Source: Catajapyx aquilonaris | Taxonomy: Eukaryota | Reading direction: 5' to 3' | NCBI GenBank assembly: GCA_000934665.2 | Contig: KZ538073.1 | Span: 113,980-133,979, forward strand | Length of the DNA stretch: 20,000 nucleotides | Shown here: positions 1-11,378 of the stretch, in pieces | Numbering within the stretch: position 1 is the stretch's first letter | Layout: every line of letters starts with the position of its first letter | Translations under genes and position numbers: made by a program | The notes under the pieces: generated by a model | What the model saw: only the letters and a program-made list of their open reading frames with translations | What the model was told of the DNA's origin: nothing | Databases searched by the model: none

Positions 1-1174
1 CTCTGCCTATTTTGCTTAGGCGAAAAAAAAGTGACCCTGCACATAACACGTCGAGCAGGAGTAGCCCCCAAAAGTGCTATACACGCTTCATTTGGCATAG
101 GGACTTGGCTTGCAATTTGAAAATGTCAACTCCACCTGAAGACAAGTTCTCCTACTATCCAAATGAGCGCCCACGTGTATTTTATCCAGTCTCCCGATTT
201 TTTTGTAAAGCAGTGGAGGCAGTGAACGAAGGACGGTGGGGTGGAGGACCATACTCAACCTTGGCTACCATCGCCACACCCTCCCCTTTTCATAATGAAT
301 TATCCCTATGCAGTGTTATTAAGATCAACCTTCTTTCTAACTCTCATCTTACAGGTCACGTCCATCCTCCCCAGATTTGGACTCCTATTATTACAATGCA
401 ACTTCATTCATGAGCCCTTCTGGCATACCGTGAGCCGCTCCCAGAAATAGATTCGTCCTAGTGCTATTTAATTCATGGGCTTCAAAAGCCCGACATGGAC
501 AATACAGCAAGTTGAGATTAATTATAGAAATGTGGCCCGCCATTTTCAACCATAATGCAAATTTTCGGGGTGCCCGCCCCCAGGAGACAAACATTCTGCT
601 CCAGAAGCCCGCAGTCACAATTTGTCGAGCTCGACTAATTCGCATTGTTTCCGATATCCCGACCGAGGAAAGGAGGTTTTTGCTTATATATTCCAAACCG
701 TATAGACCCCAAGGGCCCCGTTCTTTGGATCTTGAGCAACCGTATTTGGCGCGACTAAAACTGACTTCCGCCTTTGGAAAAACCCTCCCAACGTTTTCAA
801 TGAATCTGAATCCATCCATGGAGCCGTATAATATCCAAGCGGGACTCCTGTGGAAGGAAAATGGAAGAAGATTCCTTTTGCCCTCCTTTTTTTTTTCTTG
901 GTTCCGAGTCCCTCAAGCGGCAAAAAGAGACAGATCCAACTTGCTGGCTCCAACAAGAGACTAGACGAGCGAAGGCTTCTTCGACTCAACAAAATCCCCT
1001 AGACTTGCTTTCCTTATCTCGTTGCAGCCTCCCCTATGTGCACGAGAGGAAATCTTTGATACTATCAATTGAGAAGCGTTTTTTTTTGTGTGTGAGAGAG
1101 GGAAAAAAGCTGCTGGGTAATGCCGATTCTAAGAGGGGGAAAAAAGGTAATTCTTGTGGAGTTAATATGATCTG

Positions 1175-1714
1175 CATTCTAAAATACTTTTGCTGGAAAG
1201 TGGAAACGACATTCAAATCGTGAGCGATGTTTCCGTAGCGGAAATGTAAATCCAACTATCTAAAAATGTTCGAGTGAAGATTTCACTCAAAAAAGGAGCA
1301 ACTTTGCAAAATGATATTTTCACTGAGGAAATACTTACTTTAACTCTAATCGAGTGGAAAATTACTCGAGAAAAGAGTGAAAATAAGTGGCAGACTCAAT
1401 TTGAGTGAAATGATTATTCATTCTGAATAAAAAAGTTTCACTCAAGTTATCGAGTGAAAATCACTCAAATGGAGTGGAATAACGCGATTTTTTAAGAGTG
1501 AACTTGGAATGGCGCACTGATCCAAATGGACTGATTTTTCACTCCAGCAACTAGTTTAAATAATGCAACATGTCCCTTGATTATTTTAAGTGCTGGGTTT
1601 GTCCGTATGAAATAGCACCAAATGCTTTTGAGTAAAATTTCTGTTTCAATTTAGAGAGAAGTCATGTGCGTGATTCACATGCAGTTGAATAACACTGCAG
1701 AATATTTTAGAGTG
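1175..1714. mobile_element. Degenerate non-autonomous DNA transposon (CACTA/EnSpm-like ends, many internal GAGTGAA/TTCACTC motifs)
   Basis: Left end CATTCTAAAATA (1175-1186) matches the reverse complement of right end TATTTTAGAGTG (1703-1714) at 11/12. More than ten GAGTG(A/G)A or TTCACTC-like motifs lie between ~1272 and ~1545 in both orientations. Several form mini-hairpins: GAGTGAA-gat-TTCACTC (1272-1288), TCGAGT..ACTCGA (1350-1369), GAGTGA-aaa-TCACTC (1452-1466). No clear TSD; superfamily is inferred. Confidence 0.5.
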
Positions 1715-2994
1715 GACTGGCGTAATATTTTGGCACGCAAAACAGTCAGTTGGCTCGTAAACATTTTCTTCATTTCTTCGTGGCTTGCTCGCTGTATTCA
1801 TTTGTCAAAACCATGCACTGCGGCGATTTATTCGTTCATGCTTCTCCCGACAAGGCGGTGCTCCATCAGGCAAATGCCAAGTTGTTTTATTCCCTTCCCA
1901 TTCCTTTCATATTTTTTTTATTTCACTTTTGACAAGTACGGTCAGCAATATTTATGGTCAGTTTAAACTTCTCAAACGAAACGCCAATACTTGCGAGTCA
2001 TTTCTCTCCGGTAAGCAGAGTCTGCACTTAAAATTCAAATCAGACTTCTCGTTCTCGTCTGAATGTGAAAACTGACAAGCAGAAAGAGAATATATCATCT
2101 ACACCCCCCATTTTTCCGTCTCCCCCACCACCGCTAGGTTTCTTACATGGCCGGACATGTATGGAAATAGCCTCTCGAGTATATCTGAAACGACTTCCAT
2201 GTTTTTTCAAAGGTGATCTCACTGCTTATGAACGCCAATAAAAAACGACTTATTCGAATTTGCATTATGATTTCCTGTGACGCCTGTCAGGAACTATTCA
2301 GTGTGGTCTACTACAGTGTGGGTGAGGGTGACTAATGCGGTCAACAACAGGTAAAAAGGACAAAAAAAATCAAGTCCCCCGGACTAAAAATGGCGTCTGA
2401 ATATACCTAACCTGACTGGTAACCTTCTGGAAATGATAAGCTCCCTTTTGTTTAAGTCATTCAACAGCGACTAATTTTGAGTAATGGCTCTTGATATAAA
2501 TGGGCTACATAAGGGGTGGTTAGAGTAGCGTTAATATCTTCCTTTTTACGACCGCCTTCTGGGGTCCAATCATCCTTTTCGTCCGTGGTTTGCCATTCCC
2601 CCTAGAGGAGGTTAAGACGAGCAAGGATGAGACTTTGGGATATTCCAAACCCCCTATCCTCTCTCAAGGCATCCATCATAGTTTGCTTCGCCTCAATTCC
2701 CCCCGCGTGGCTCCCAAAACCTGTACAAGAAAAGCCCATTAAGCAGGCATGGCACCGCATGAAGCAAGGATATCGGTTAAGTTCTCGAAACTGCCTAGGA
2801 ATAGAAAATTTTCCCACTTTGACATTAAGCCATTCATTACTTGGAAGATTTGACGGTAATTGGAGCAAACCCACTCCGTTAATTTTTTTAAAAAAGATTT
2901 AAACTAATGGTTACGAAAGCAAATCGAGCGAATTGTTTGGGATAAAATGTGCAAAATATGTCTAGCCATGTGTTCTAATTGGTGACATGTTGAC

Positions 2995-3232
2995 AATTGA
3001 GGCGGGAATAAGTCACACAAAAAAATTACAGGCGCTGTGCAAAAAAAAAACGCCAGATTTTCAAACACTGTAAAGCACAGTTTATTACACAAAAGCTTTC
3101 TTATTGTTGTATGTTGTTACAAAAAGTCATGAAAAGTCAAAGAAAAGCAGTTTAACATTTAAATGTAGGCGACTTTTCCTTTTGATGCACATTTTTGTGA
3201 CTTATGCCCTTTCCCATGTCAACGCCTCAATT
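2995..3232. repeat. Degenerate inverted repeat / old foldback (MITE-like) remnant
   Basis: AATTGAGGCG (2995-3004) pairs with CGCCTCAATT (3223-3232) and ATAAGTCACA (3008-3017) pairs with TGTGACTTAT (3196-3205). These are two nested 10-bp inverted matches with an indel between them and an AT-rich interior. Confidence 0.45.
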
Positions 3233-5483
3233 TATTTTGCAATTTATTTTAAAGCAGTGACACTTTCTCAATGTCAATAAAAATATTTTCTATAGGATTT
3301 CAAGACATTATTCAACATTAAGTCGTTGTTATTTCTTCTCCTTGAACTGGTTGCTGGAGTAAACATTCCATAACTTCATTCCGCACCATTCCTCTCTTAA
3401 ACTGAAGATTTTCAGAGCGTTCCTTGTATACACAGGACCGTATCGAGTTATTCGGGATGCCTTGAAGAGATTTTCACCTCTGTCTTTTATGAGCCTCAAA
3501 ATATTCAAAGCTGGCGATGCACCTCCAAAGCAGCAGTAAAAAGTCAAAAAAATGGGGACAAATTTCAAAACATGGCGCATCTAAATTCCTCAGATTTCGA
3601 TCCTCTTTGTCCCTGCGGTGTTCAGGGCACCACCACGGTTGAACAACAATGCCATTATTGCGAATATACGCGCTCATAAATGGCAGAAGTTTCGTATCCT
3701 CCATCTGGAGAAATATCACTCCAATTAGCAACGGTTTCGGACCCCCTTTTAGTAACAAAGTATCGCTTATTACTGCATTGCGCAATCGGAATGGCTTGGC
3801 CAATGTTGCGAATAATTCACCCTAATTGCATTTCAGGCAGATTAATTATAGTCAGATTCGATTGCATGATGCACCTCCGATGAAAGACCACATCGTTAAG
3901 GGGACATAGACTGAAGCAATTTGTTCCTGCTGCTGCTGGAGTTGACAATTTCCTAAACACAGCGACACTTTTTGAGTCGAGCCAATCCTCAATGGACACA
4001 TCCGATAATCCCCAGAATCGTCGAGCTGATCAGGATTCTCCGAGGATTTCAGAAATGCGTTCCGACACGACCGTAGTGATCACCTCGGCTTATACACAGA
4101 TAGTTATTTAGCCCTGCGCTACGTGATTGCTTTGCACAAGCCTCTCTCTCTCGGAGGTCAGGATATATAACCATCCACGTGCTGCTGATGCTGCTTCTGG
4201 CGATGAAGACCAAGCCCCAGCAGGTCCCGTTGCCCAATTCACCATATCAGTCTTAATACATGTCTTCCGTGTTCCTCGCATTATCTCCAATAAGGGGTGG
4301 CTCAGAGTTCACGAGTTTAATCCGACAACGATGATTCAATTAGATTTCTGTCCACTTTTGCACGATCCATGCAGGGTGTTCCAGCTGACTTGCCACATTA
4401 ATTTTTTGCTTATATACCCCCTTCGATAGCAAACTAGTGACTTTAATGAGATGGCCCGCCGATTTACCACTAAGTACTAATATTCACGCGTAGATGTCGC
4501 ATACCCCCTCTGCACACTCCTGCCATCGTGCGAGAGACAGCGATACTGTCCGGCCGGACAAACATCTGACGGAGAGAATATGCCTATTAGTCGCCTTTAA
4601 TAAAATGAACTTTAGTGCCAACTTAACACAAGGTGCATTTGTAGTTACAAAACTGTACTACCACGATCCGCATCTCTCTGCTCCAGAATCCCACGATGTT
4701 TACAGGAGATGCAAACGGTGAGAACTAGATCATGGCGCATATACTCCACAACATTTCCCACACAGAAGCAGCAGCCCAGCATGGTGGAAAGTGCTGGGCT
4801 AATAGCTTCCAAAGTCGTTATTGTGACCCCCGCCAACACAAGAGCCCCCCTCAAAAACCGCAACCAAAAAATCCCGTTTACTAGCAGGTGACCTGTCCAA
4901 ACAGAAAAGGTATCAACCCGAGCATAGCAAGCTATGGACCGAAACGGATCATTTATTGCCCCATCTTCCTCGTTCCTAACACAGCTCTATAAGAAAATCT
5001 GGAGGGGGAGAATATGGACTCCTTAGGGGGTCCTCTCCAAACGGGACTTCAATCATTGCTTTTAGGAATACTGTATATCCTGTCAAAATTCGATCCAAAA
5101 CTTTTAACAAAAAAAAAAATGTCAGCAGATATCCCGAAGGATGCGTTTTTTTCGGGGAGTCGTTTGGATAAATATGGCTATATAATAATGCATTCCGAAG
5201 AGGTTTGAATCCCGGCTGAGTAGTCAGTTTTCATCCCCAGCAAATCGATGGTCTCTTCTTCCTCCCCCCCCCCCTTTCTTCTCTCCCCCATTCTGGGAAT
5301 TCATCGATCTCTTGCACTTCCAGGCTGTCATCCCATCCCATTTCAATCTGAAGAATACCGGGTCCAAATGGCGCCCCAAACATCCCCCCAAAACGCACCA
5401 ACTTCTTATTTTCATAACCTGTCACATTCGCGACGCAGACGCCTAATATAACCTTCCCCTTTTAAAAAAAATTGAAAAAATAA

Positions 5484-5554
5484 GTTTGAAATTCCCGCCG
5501 TTGATCGGTTAGTACGCTGGCCGTACTAACCGATCAACGGCGGGAATTTCAAAC
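5484..5554. repeat. Perfect inverted repeat (33-bp arms, 5-nt loop)
   Basis: GTTTGAAATTCCCGCCGTTGATCGGTTAGTACG (5484-5516), loop CTGGC (5517-5521), then the exact reverse complement (5522-5554). Imperfect A-rich/T-rich pairing extends it to about 5465-5571. Confidence 0.95.
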
Positions 5555-8500
5555 ATTTTTTTTCACATTTTCGCAACAAAAACACCGTCCCTCAGGTATA
5601 ATGATGATGCTCTCGTGGGCCTGCCACCAACTAAGTGACTTTTGGCATCTCACTGGGACCTTTCCCTGTCGAAGGTGCTCTCGGGTGATTTGCCCGAGAA
5701 AGAATTGGCCTCTAGATTTCCCAGACTATACTCTGAGGAAGCCTCGGCCCCTCGATCAAACCGTGTGAGCGATAATGGAGGAAAAGGCCTCCTTGATTTA
5801 CAGCTTCATCCATTTTCCTTCGCCTTCACTGCAATAAAAGGCCCGCAATTAGCTCCACAAATGGACCTAAAAAAATTATAGGAAGGAAAAGGTTGAAGAT
5901 CCCTAATTTTTCTGTGGTCAATGCACTTTAATTTCAAACTACTAGACATATCTAGAGTGCAATACCACCAGGCAGGTTTACTCGAGATGAAAAATGATTT
6001 GTCTAAACGGGGGTCCTACTCCAATCCATTCTGCTAATGAAAGCAAACTTATCCCCGCCCACCATTTTCCACGCTGCGCAATCCGGTAGAGATAGCGACG
6101 CCGCAACAATCTTATTCCAAAGGAGATGAAGAAAAAAAAAAGTTGACAGGGTTACATAAGTGGTTGGAAGGAGAGATGAAAAAAAAACCGTCTGAGCAGG
6201 AATGCTTCTCACGGTTGCCCGCACATTTCCGGCCAAACTTGCAATCGCTTCAAGCTCATTATTTTTCATGGCGAAGAATTTGCGTCACAAGGAGGGCTGG
6301 AGAGAGAAAAAAAAGGCGTGAATTTTTTTTGAGATGAAAAGAATATTTAGGGTAGTGGTTACGAAGCGTGTTATTTTCAGTACAAAGTACCACACCTCTT
6401 TGAATCAAAAATTTTTATCGAAGTTTGAAAGAAAAAAAACTAAGGTCGTCGAACCCATCCAAGGACGTACCACCATGATCACTCAAAGAGATACTTAAAA
6501 ATCATTATCAGGAATTTATTAACGGAAAAGTTCGACCTATATGTAACAAGAAGAATTACAAATTCTTTCTCGAATATTTTGTGAGTGGCAAAGTTCGTGC
6601 AAAATTTAATTGATTACCGAAACGGAATTGCGGTAAATGAATTCACATGCCAAATTATTCACGGCATGTGACGCAAGTGCTGTGGCGTACAAAAGAAGCG
6701 AAATTAAATCATGTCACAAGGACCTTCAGTAGGCCAAAATGCGCCTACAGGCCGTGAATTTGGCTAAGTAATCTGAACCAAAAATCTGCAACAATGTCCT
6801 TCAAAATGTTAACTAGATCAGAATTCGCAGAAACCGAGAGTTGAAAAATGTGTGGGTAGTCTTCAAAACCAATACATAACAATATATGAGACGTTTGCAA
6901 AATTAGGCAAAATTACATTGCAGGCTATATAACGTCACATGTTAATACAATTAATATAAATGTAAACGTGAGCTAAAATTATTGAATTATGGATTCGAAA
7001 AATGGGCTATGGTACATCAAAAATGAATTTAATGTTTTCCAGTGGTTTCAGCTAACTTTTACTGAATTATAATGAACTTATACACATGTTCTGAGCTTCT
7101 CTGTACTACACACACTAACATACTGATACACAGCCTTAATTTATAATATTCCTTGGCATACTTTTCATATTAATAAAACAACATGGCCGAGTTTAGTCAA
7201 AAAGGAGAAAAAATATTTGTTCATATAAGGCGACGTATTGTAACAAAAGAGACGTCTACAGTTGAATTAATCTTTCCACCTTAACTTTTCAACTCTCAAG
7301 GATATTCTTTCATCACCATCCGTATATGGGTCCTCTGAGATGCATAAAATCAAGCTGCTGCCCCCAGCGCGACACATTTGCAGACTCCCAATAATTTTAA
7401 AAAAAGAAGTAAAACTGCTGGCAGCCCAACTCCGTATGGAAACTTCAAATTAACGTTATTGCCTCATAAACGCGGATTAAATTTGCACGATCGGCGTCCG
7501 TTTCGAGGTCGTTCGGGGTGAAACAAATTTGCGGGATGGTACGAGCACATTTTGAAGCCCGTCGATGGCCCCTATCCATAGGAGGGGGTAATTGCACCAA
7601 ATTTGCGCATGAACACCACCCATATACAGGAAGAGACACCCAATGTCATCGATTCCTCTCAGTTCAAAAAATCATATGCCCCTCAGGCCTATAACTCCCC
7701 CTCGGATCATAACGACCCGCGTCTCCCAAAGTTTGCCAGTAGAAAGCACAATATGTCAGCAAGATTTGGAAGCTGAAAGTTGGGGGAAAGGGGGGGGGGG
7801 GGCGACATTCCCTCCCTCTCTCAAAACCTTAACGTATATACCATCCTAACACGCGCCAGCACAGGGAACCAACGAACCAACCAAAAGCTGCTCGTGGCCA
7901 AGATAGGATCAATAGGACACTGGCGCCACTATATAGACCTCTTCTTATACTGCAGCCACCAAAAAATCCTCAACAATATATTTTTTTGCGAGTCTGGTCC
8001 CATGCAGGGAACAAACAAGCCGAAATGCCATTTTCATCAATCCAAAGGGTGATCTTGACATTAATTCATGGTCGGAGGTGTCAACTTGAACCAAAGAGTC
8101 AGTGAGAAATATTGGAGGGTCACATCTTCTGCACAACTTCTCTTGGGCACACCTTTTTCATTCATCCATCATCGAGTTGGACTGGATTGATTGAGATCCT
8201 GGGGTACTACCACGTGAAAACTGGTTCAATGACCAACTATCGGAAGATGATGGATTGTCTGAGCGACTTGAGAAGTAGTAAAAGGATCGTCAAATTAGCA
8301 GCCGTTTCCTTATGTTTGTGAGATTGCCAAAGAAATAAAACCGTTTTGAGGTGATGGTACTTGTCCCCAAATAGACTTGGCTCCATAAATTTGGGGAGCG
8401 ATGAGTCGAAATGTTTAGCCTGCTGAAACGAGTCAAATTATTCGAAGAGTTAAACATTCACTGGTGCTGTCAAATGTGGAATTATTTTAATTACAGTAGT

Positions 8501-9557
8501 AGCTCAGTTTAAATTAGTTAAAACAATTCATGGTGGCGAAGGCAAAAATCTGAAGCTCCCAAGTAAAGATTTCCAATGCAACATACTCATGCATGAAATA
8601 CGACCGTCAATGAGCGGGGTCAACCGCCGCGCCGTTGCCGTACAGTATAGGCATGAAACACATTGCACAGAGACCTGTACTCACGGTAGCATATCATTCC
8701 ATTACTCTCTGAATGTGTAATTTTTTTTTCACACACATCAAAGCTGCACATTTTCACCTCTACATAACACAGAGTGCAACGCTCCAATATTGCCCAACTG
8801 TCCAATTCAGTTACAGTACTAGTTTTGAAAATGCAAGTTTCCCGTTACCACAGTGCAACCCTTGACAGACAAAAAAATATAGCACCGCATCGACTAATGA
8901 ACCACCATTCTCCACAAGGGAAGTACAGCCGTCCGTCCTTCTTCTAGACAAGCCTCCAGATCGTATCTCCAAAGCTATAGCCCCTGCAAAATTCCCCTAA
9001 TATATACCCCCCACGAGAGATAGTCGAATACACAAAAATTCACATGAAAGCGCGCCCAGGTGATTTAGCGCCTAGCAATTGGACCCCTTTTTCTCTGAGG
9101 TAAAAAGAAATATATATAAGGGAGGGGGGACGAGATGATTTATCGCCAAGATTCCTTGGACATAATTGGACTGGGGTTCTCTGTGCACACGCTTCATCGG
9201 ATTCCCAAGGAACGTATCGGAAAAACCTCTTCTGGGATGGTGCTGGGGGTAATCCAATAAATGAGGGGCTTTTGTGAGGTGCTGGATGGACCCTCAGTAT
9301 ATATGCGCCAGGGCCTCTTATTAGCACTCCGCTTCCCAGACCAGAACACGGCTTAAAATTTCCAGAGCCCTGCTTCCAATAGGTCCTTCCCCATATGATG
9401 AGAGTTTATTTTGGGAACGGCAGTTCAATCCTTTATAGTCTGGCACGAGAGAGATAAAGCCGGATAGATGAGCAAGGAGCCATTTTAGACTAAAGCACTC
9501 GAAAGGTGAAGAGCCAGCAAGGCATTTCACATAAACGACCATCAGTGAGTGCCCCCA

Positions 9558-9732
9558 GGTGGTTATTCTCATGGCGATCCATCCGAGACGACCAAACTCC
9601 GAATTCCCATGGGTGGTTAGTTGTATGGAAGCCCACCAGAGACGACGCCATGGACGACCAAACTCCGAATTCCCATGGGTGGTTAGTTGTATGGAAGCCC
9701 ACCAGAGACGACGCCATGGACGACCAAACTCC
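9558..9732. repeat. Exact 66-bp tandem duplication (2.2 copies, 9587-9732) preceded by a diverged copy at 54-bp period
   Basis: Unit GACGACCAAACTCCGAATTCCCATGGGTGGTTAGTTGTATGGAAGCCCACCAGAGACGACGCCATG starts at 9587 and 9653 (identical), with a 14-bp partial copy at 9719. A diverged copy GGTGGTTA-n5-ATGG-n4-CCA-n3-GAGACGAC at 9558 aligns without gaps to 9612. It is followed by CTAAGTGTGT x2 (9732-9751). Confidence 0.95.
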
Positions 9733-11222
9733 TAAGTGTGTCTAAGTGTGTGAGCAAATCAACAAATCACACTACGGTTGATCTAAAGTTAGACAACGGC
9801 TTGTTCCTGAAGCCCCAACCGATTCAGACTAAATTCAGACTGATCCTGAAGTGTGCGCATCCGGAAACAAATTCCCTCCAACCCTAAAAGCCCTGCTTCC
9901 AGAAGCAACTCCAAGGATGTCTAGATTTGTCTCTGCGGTCTTCCGCGACTGCCATTGGCCCCACCAAACTTTCTCGGGGAACTGCTCCCGGCTTACGTCC
10001 CCCAAAATCCTCGTCAACAATGTAACGACTTGTTTCCAGACGACTGCCTTCATCCCTTCGTAATGAACTAGAACACAACGCCAGGGCTTTTCAAAGAAAG
10101 AAGCGCGTTCATCCGAGAAAACGCCAGGCGATTTACTGAAGATTCAGGGGGTATAATAATGCACGATGATCCGACAATGAATAAGCCAGCACCCAATGAA
10201 GAGATCGATATTTCGCAGCAGCACACAGGCTCTCTCCAGCGGCACATTTGTTAAGTTGATGATGAAAATGGACGATCACTTGCTCCTTAATTTCCCGTTA
10301 AGAGAATCAGACATTTACCTCCTCATCCTGGGTTGTATGAAGGACGTTGCTTCCTCCATTGTTGCAGACACGTGCGCCTGAACTAAACACCAGCCATGCA
10401 TACGCGCGAAATCAGGAAACAATAACGTGTTTAGGCGTCTGTGCAAAATTATATGCTTACAAAGCCATTGTTTCGTGAGGGGTATTATAATCAAAATGCA
10501 GGAGAAGTATGATGGGGAAAACCAAACGGTTTGTTGAGAAACTGCAGTTTTTTTTGCATTGTAGACGACAGTGTTTCCATTACCAAGTGTGCTGCTTGTT
10601 GGAGAGAAAATTAGAAGCCCTTTCTGTCCAGATTATTAGATTAGTGACTCCGCCTAACAGTGAAATGAATGAGGCGGGCTCTTTTCCACTTGAAGCCTCG
10701 GGTATACTATATATACAGGACAGAAAATCAGAGCAGAATTCCTCGTGCGGAAAACGGCCAGCTGCGAAACAAGTCGTTCAAATGTTGGCAGCAAGTTACA
10801 CAGAATTTTAATCAAGTCCCTTTTGTGTTCGGTTCTTCAACTGTGTTGAACTTTTTCCTGGTTTTATTTCCCCATGTGAAATATGCGCTCTAAAAAATGT
10901 TATGTACTGTTCGACCTTCGACAGAAATATTCGGTATATGAGGCAATTGGCAATCTACTTGTACAATAATTACTCCTAAGGTAGGAGCTCTGTTAAATCC
11001 ATCCACGTGCTGCTTATCTCACAGCGAGTGTGACAGACACGAGTAATTTCGGATAAATTACTGGCCAACTTCATCAAAGGCACCTGAGACGGTGAGAAGA
11101 ACATGTTGTGCAATCCGTTGCAGTATATACGCCACACTGAGGCTTTTCTATTGATCCTGGTCTCTCCTTTGAAACCCGATCCAGGCACGTACAAGCCTAC
11201 ACTACTATGCTAAGCGTGTGTA

Positions 11223-11378
11223 CAGGGTGTTTCATAATTTACATTCAGTGAAAACCAATCTGGCAAGAAGGGGATGCATACTTGCCAGGATTATCTAAAT
11301 AACAAAACTGCGGATGATCTTCTAGTATAACAACGACTTCACTCTAGAAGTTTATTCTAACCATTAGAAAACACCTTG
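11223..11378. mobile_element. Tc1/mariner-type MITE (156 bp)
   Basis: Left TIR CAGGGTGTTTCATAAT matches the right-end reverse complement CAAGGTGTTTTCTAAT at 13/16. TA flanks both sides (11221-11222, 11379-11380), the canonical Tc1/mariner TSD. CAGGGTG termini are common in this superfamily. No coding capacity. Confidence 0.7.

Noticed and set aside
461..964. Longest ORF (167 aa), with faint reverse-transcriptase-like words (NANFRGAR..NI, RPQG, LTSAF)
   Set aside because: Motif order and spacing do not fit non-LTR RT, and there is no D..KAFD or YADD. It overlaps equally unconvincing ORFs on both strands.
5199..5220. B-box-like GGTTTGAATCCCGGC (tRNA/SINE)
   Set aside because: No A-box at suitable distance and no cloverleaf.
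8620..8805. Minus-strand Cys-rich ORF with CTLC and CSFDVCEKK, resembling a zinc finger
   Set aside because: The F/L/H/H positions and linker are missing; TG-rich sequence yields Cys codons by chance.
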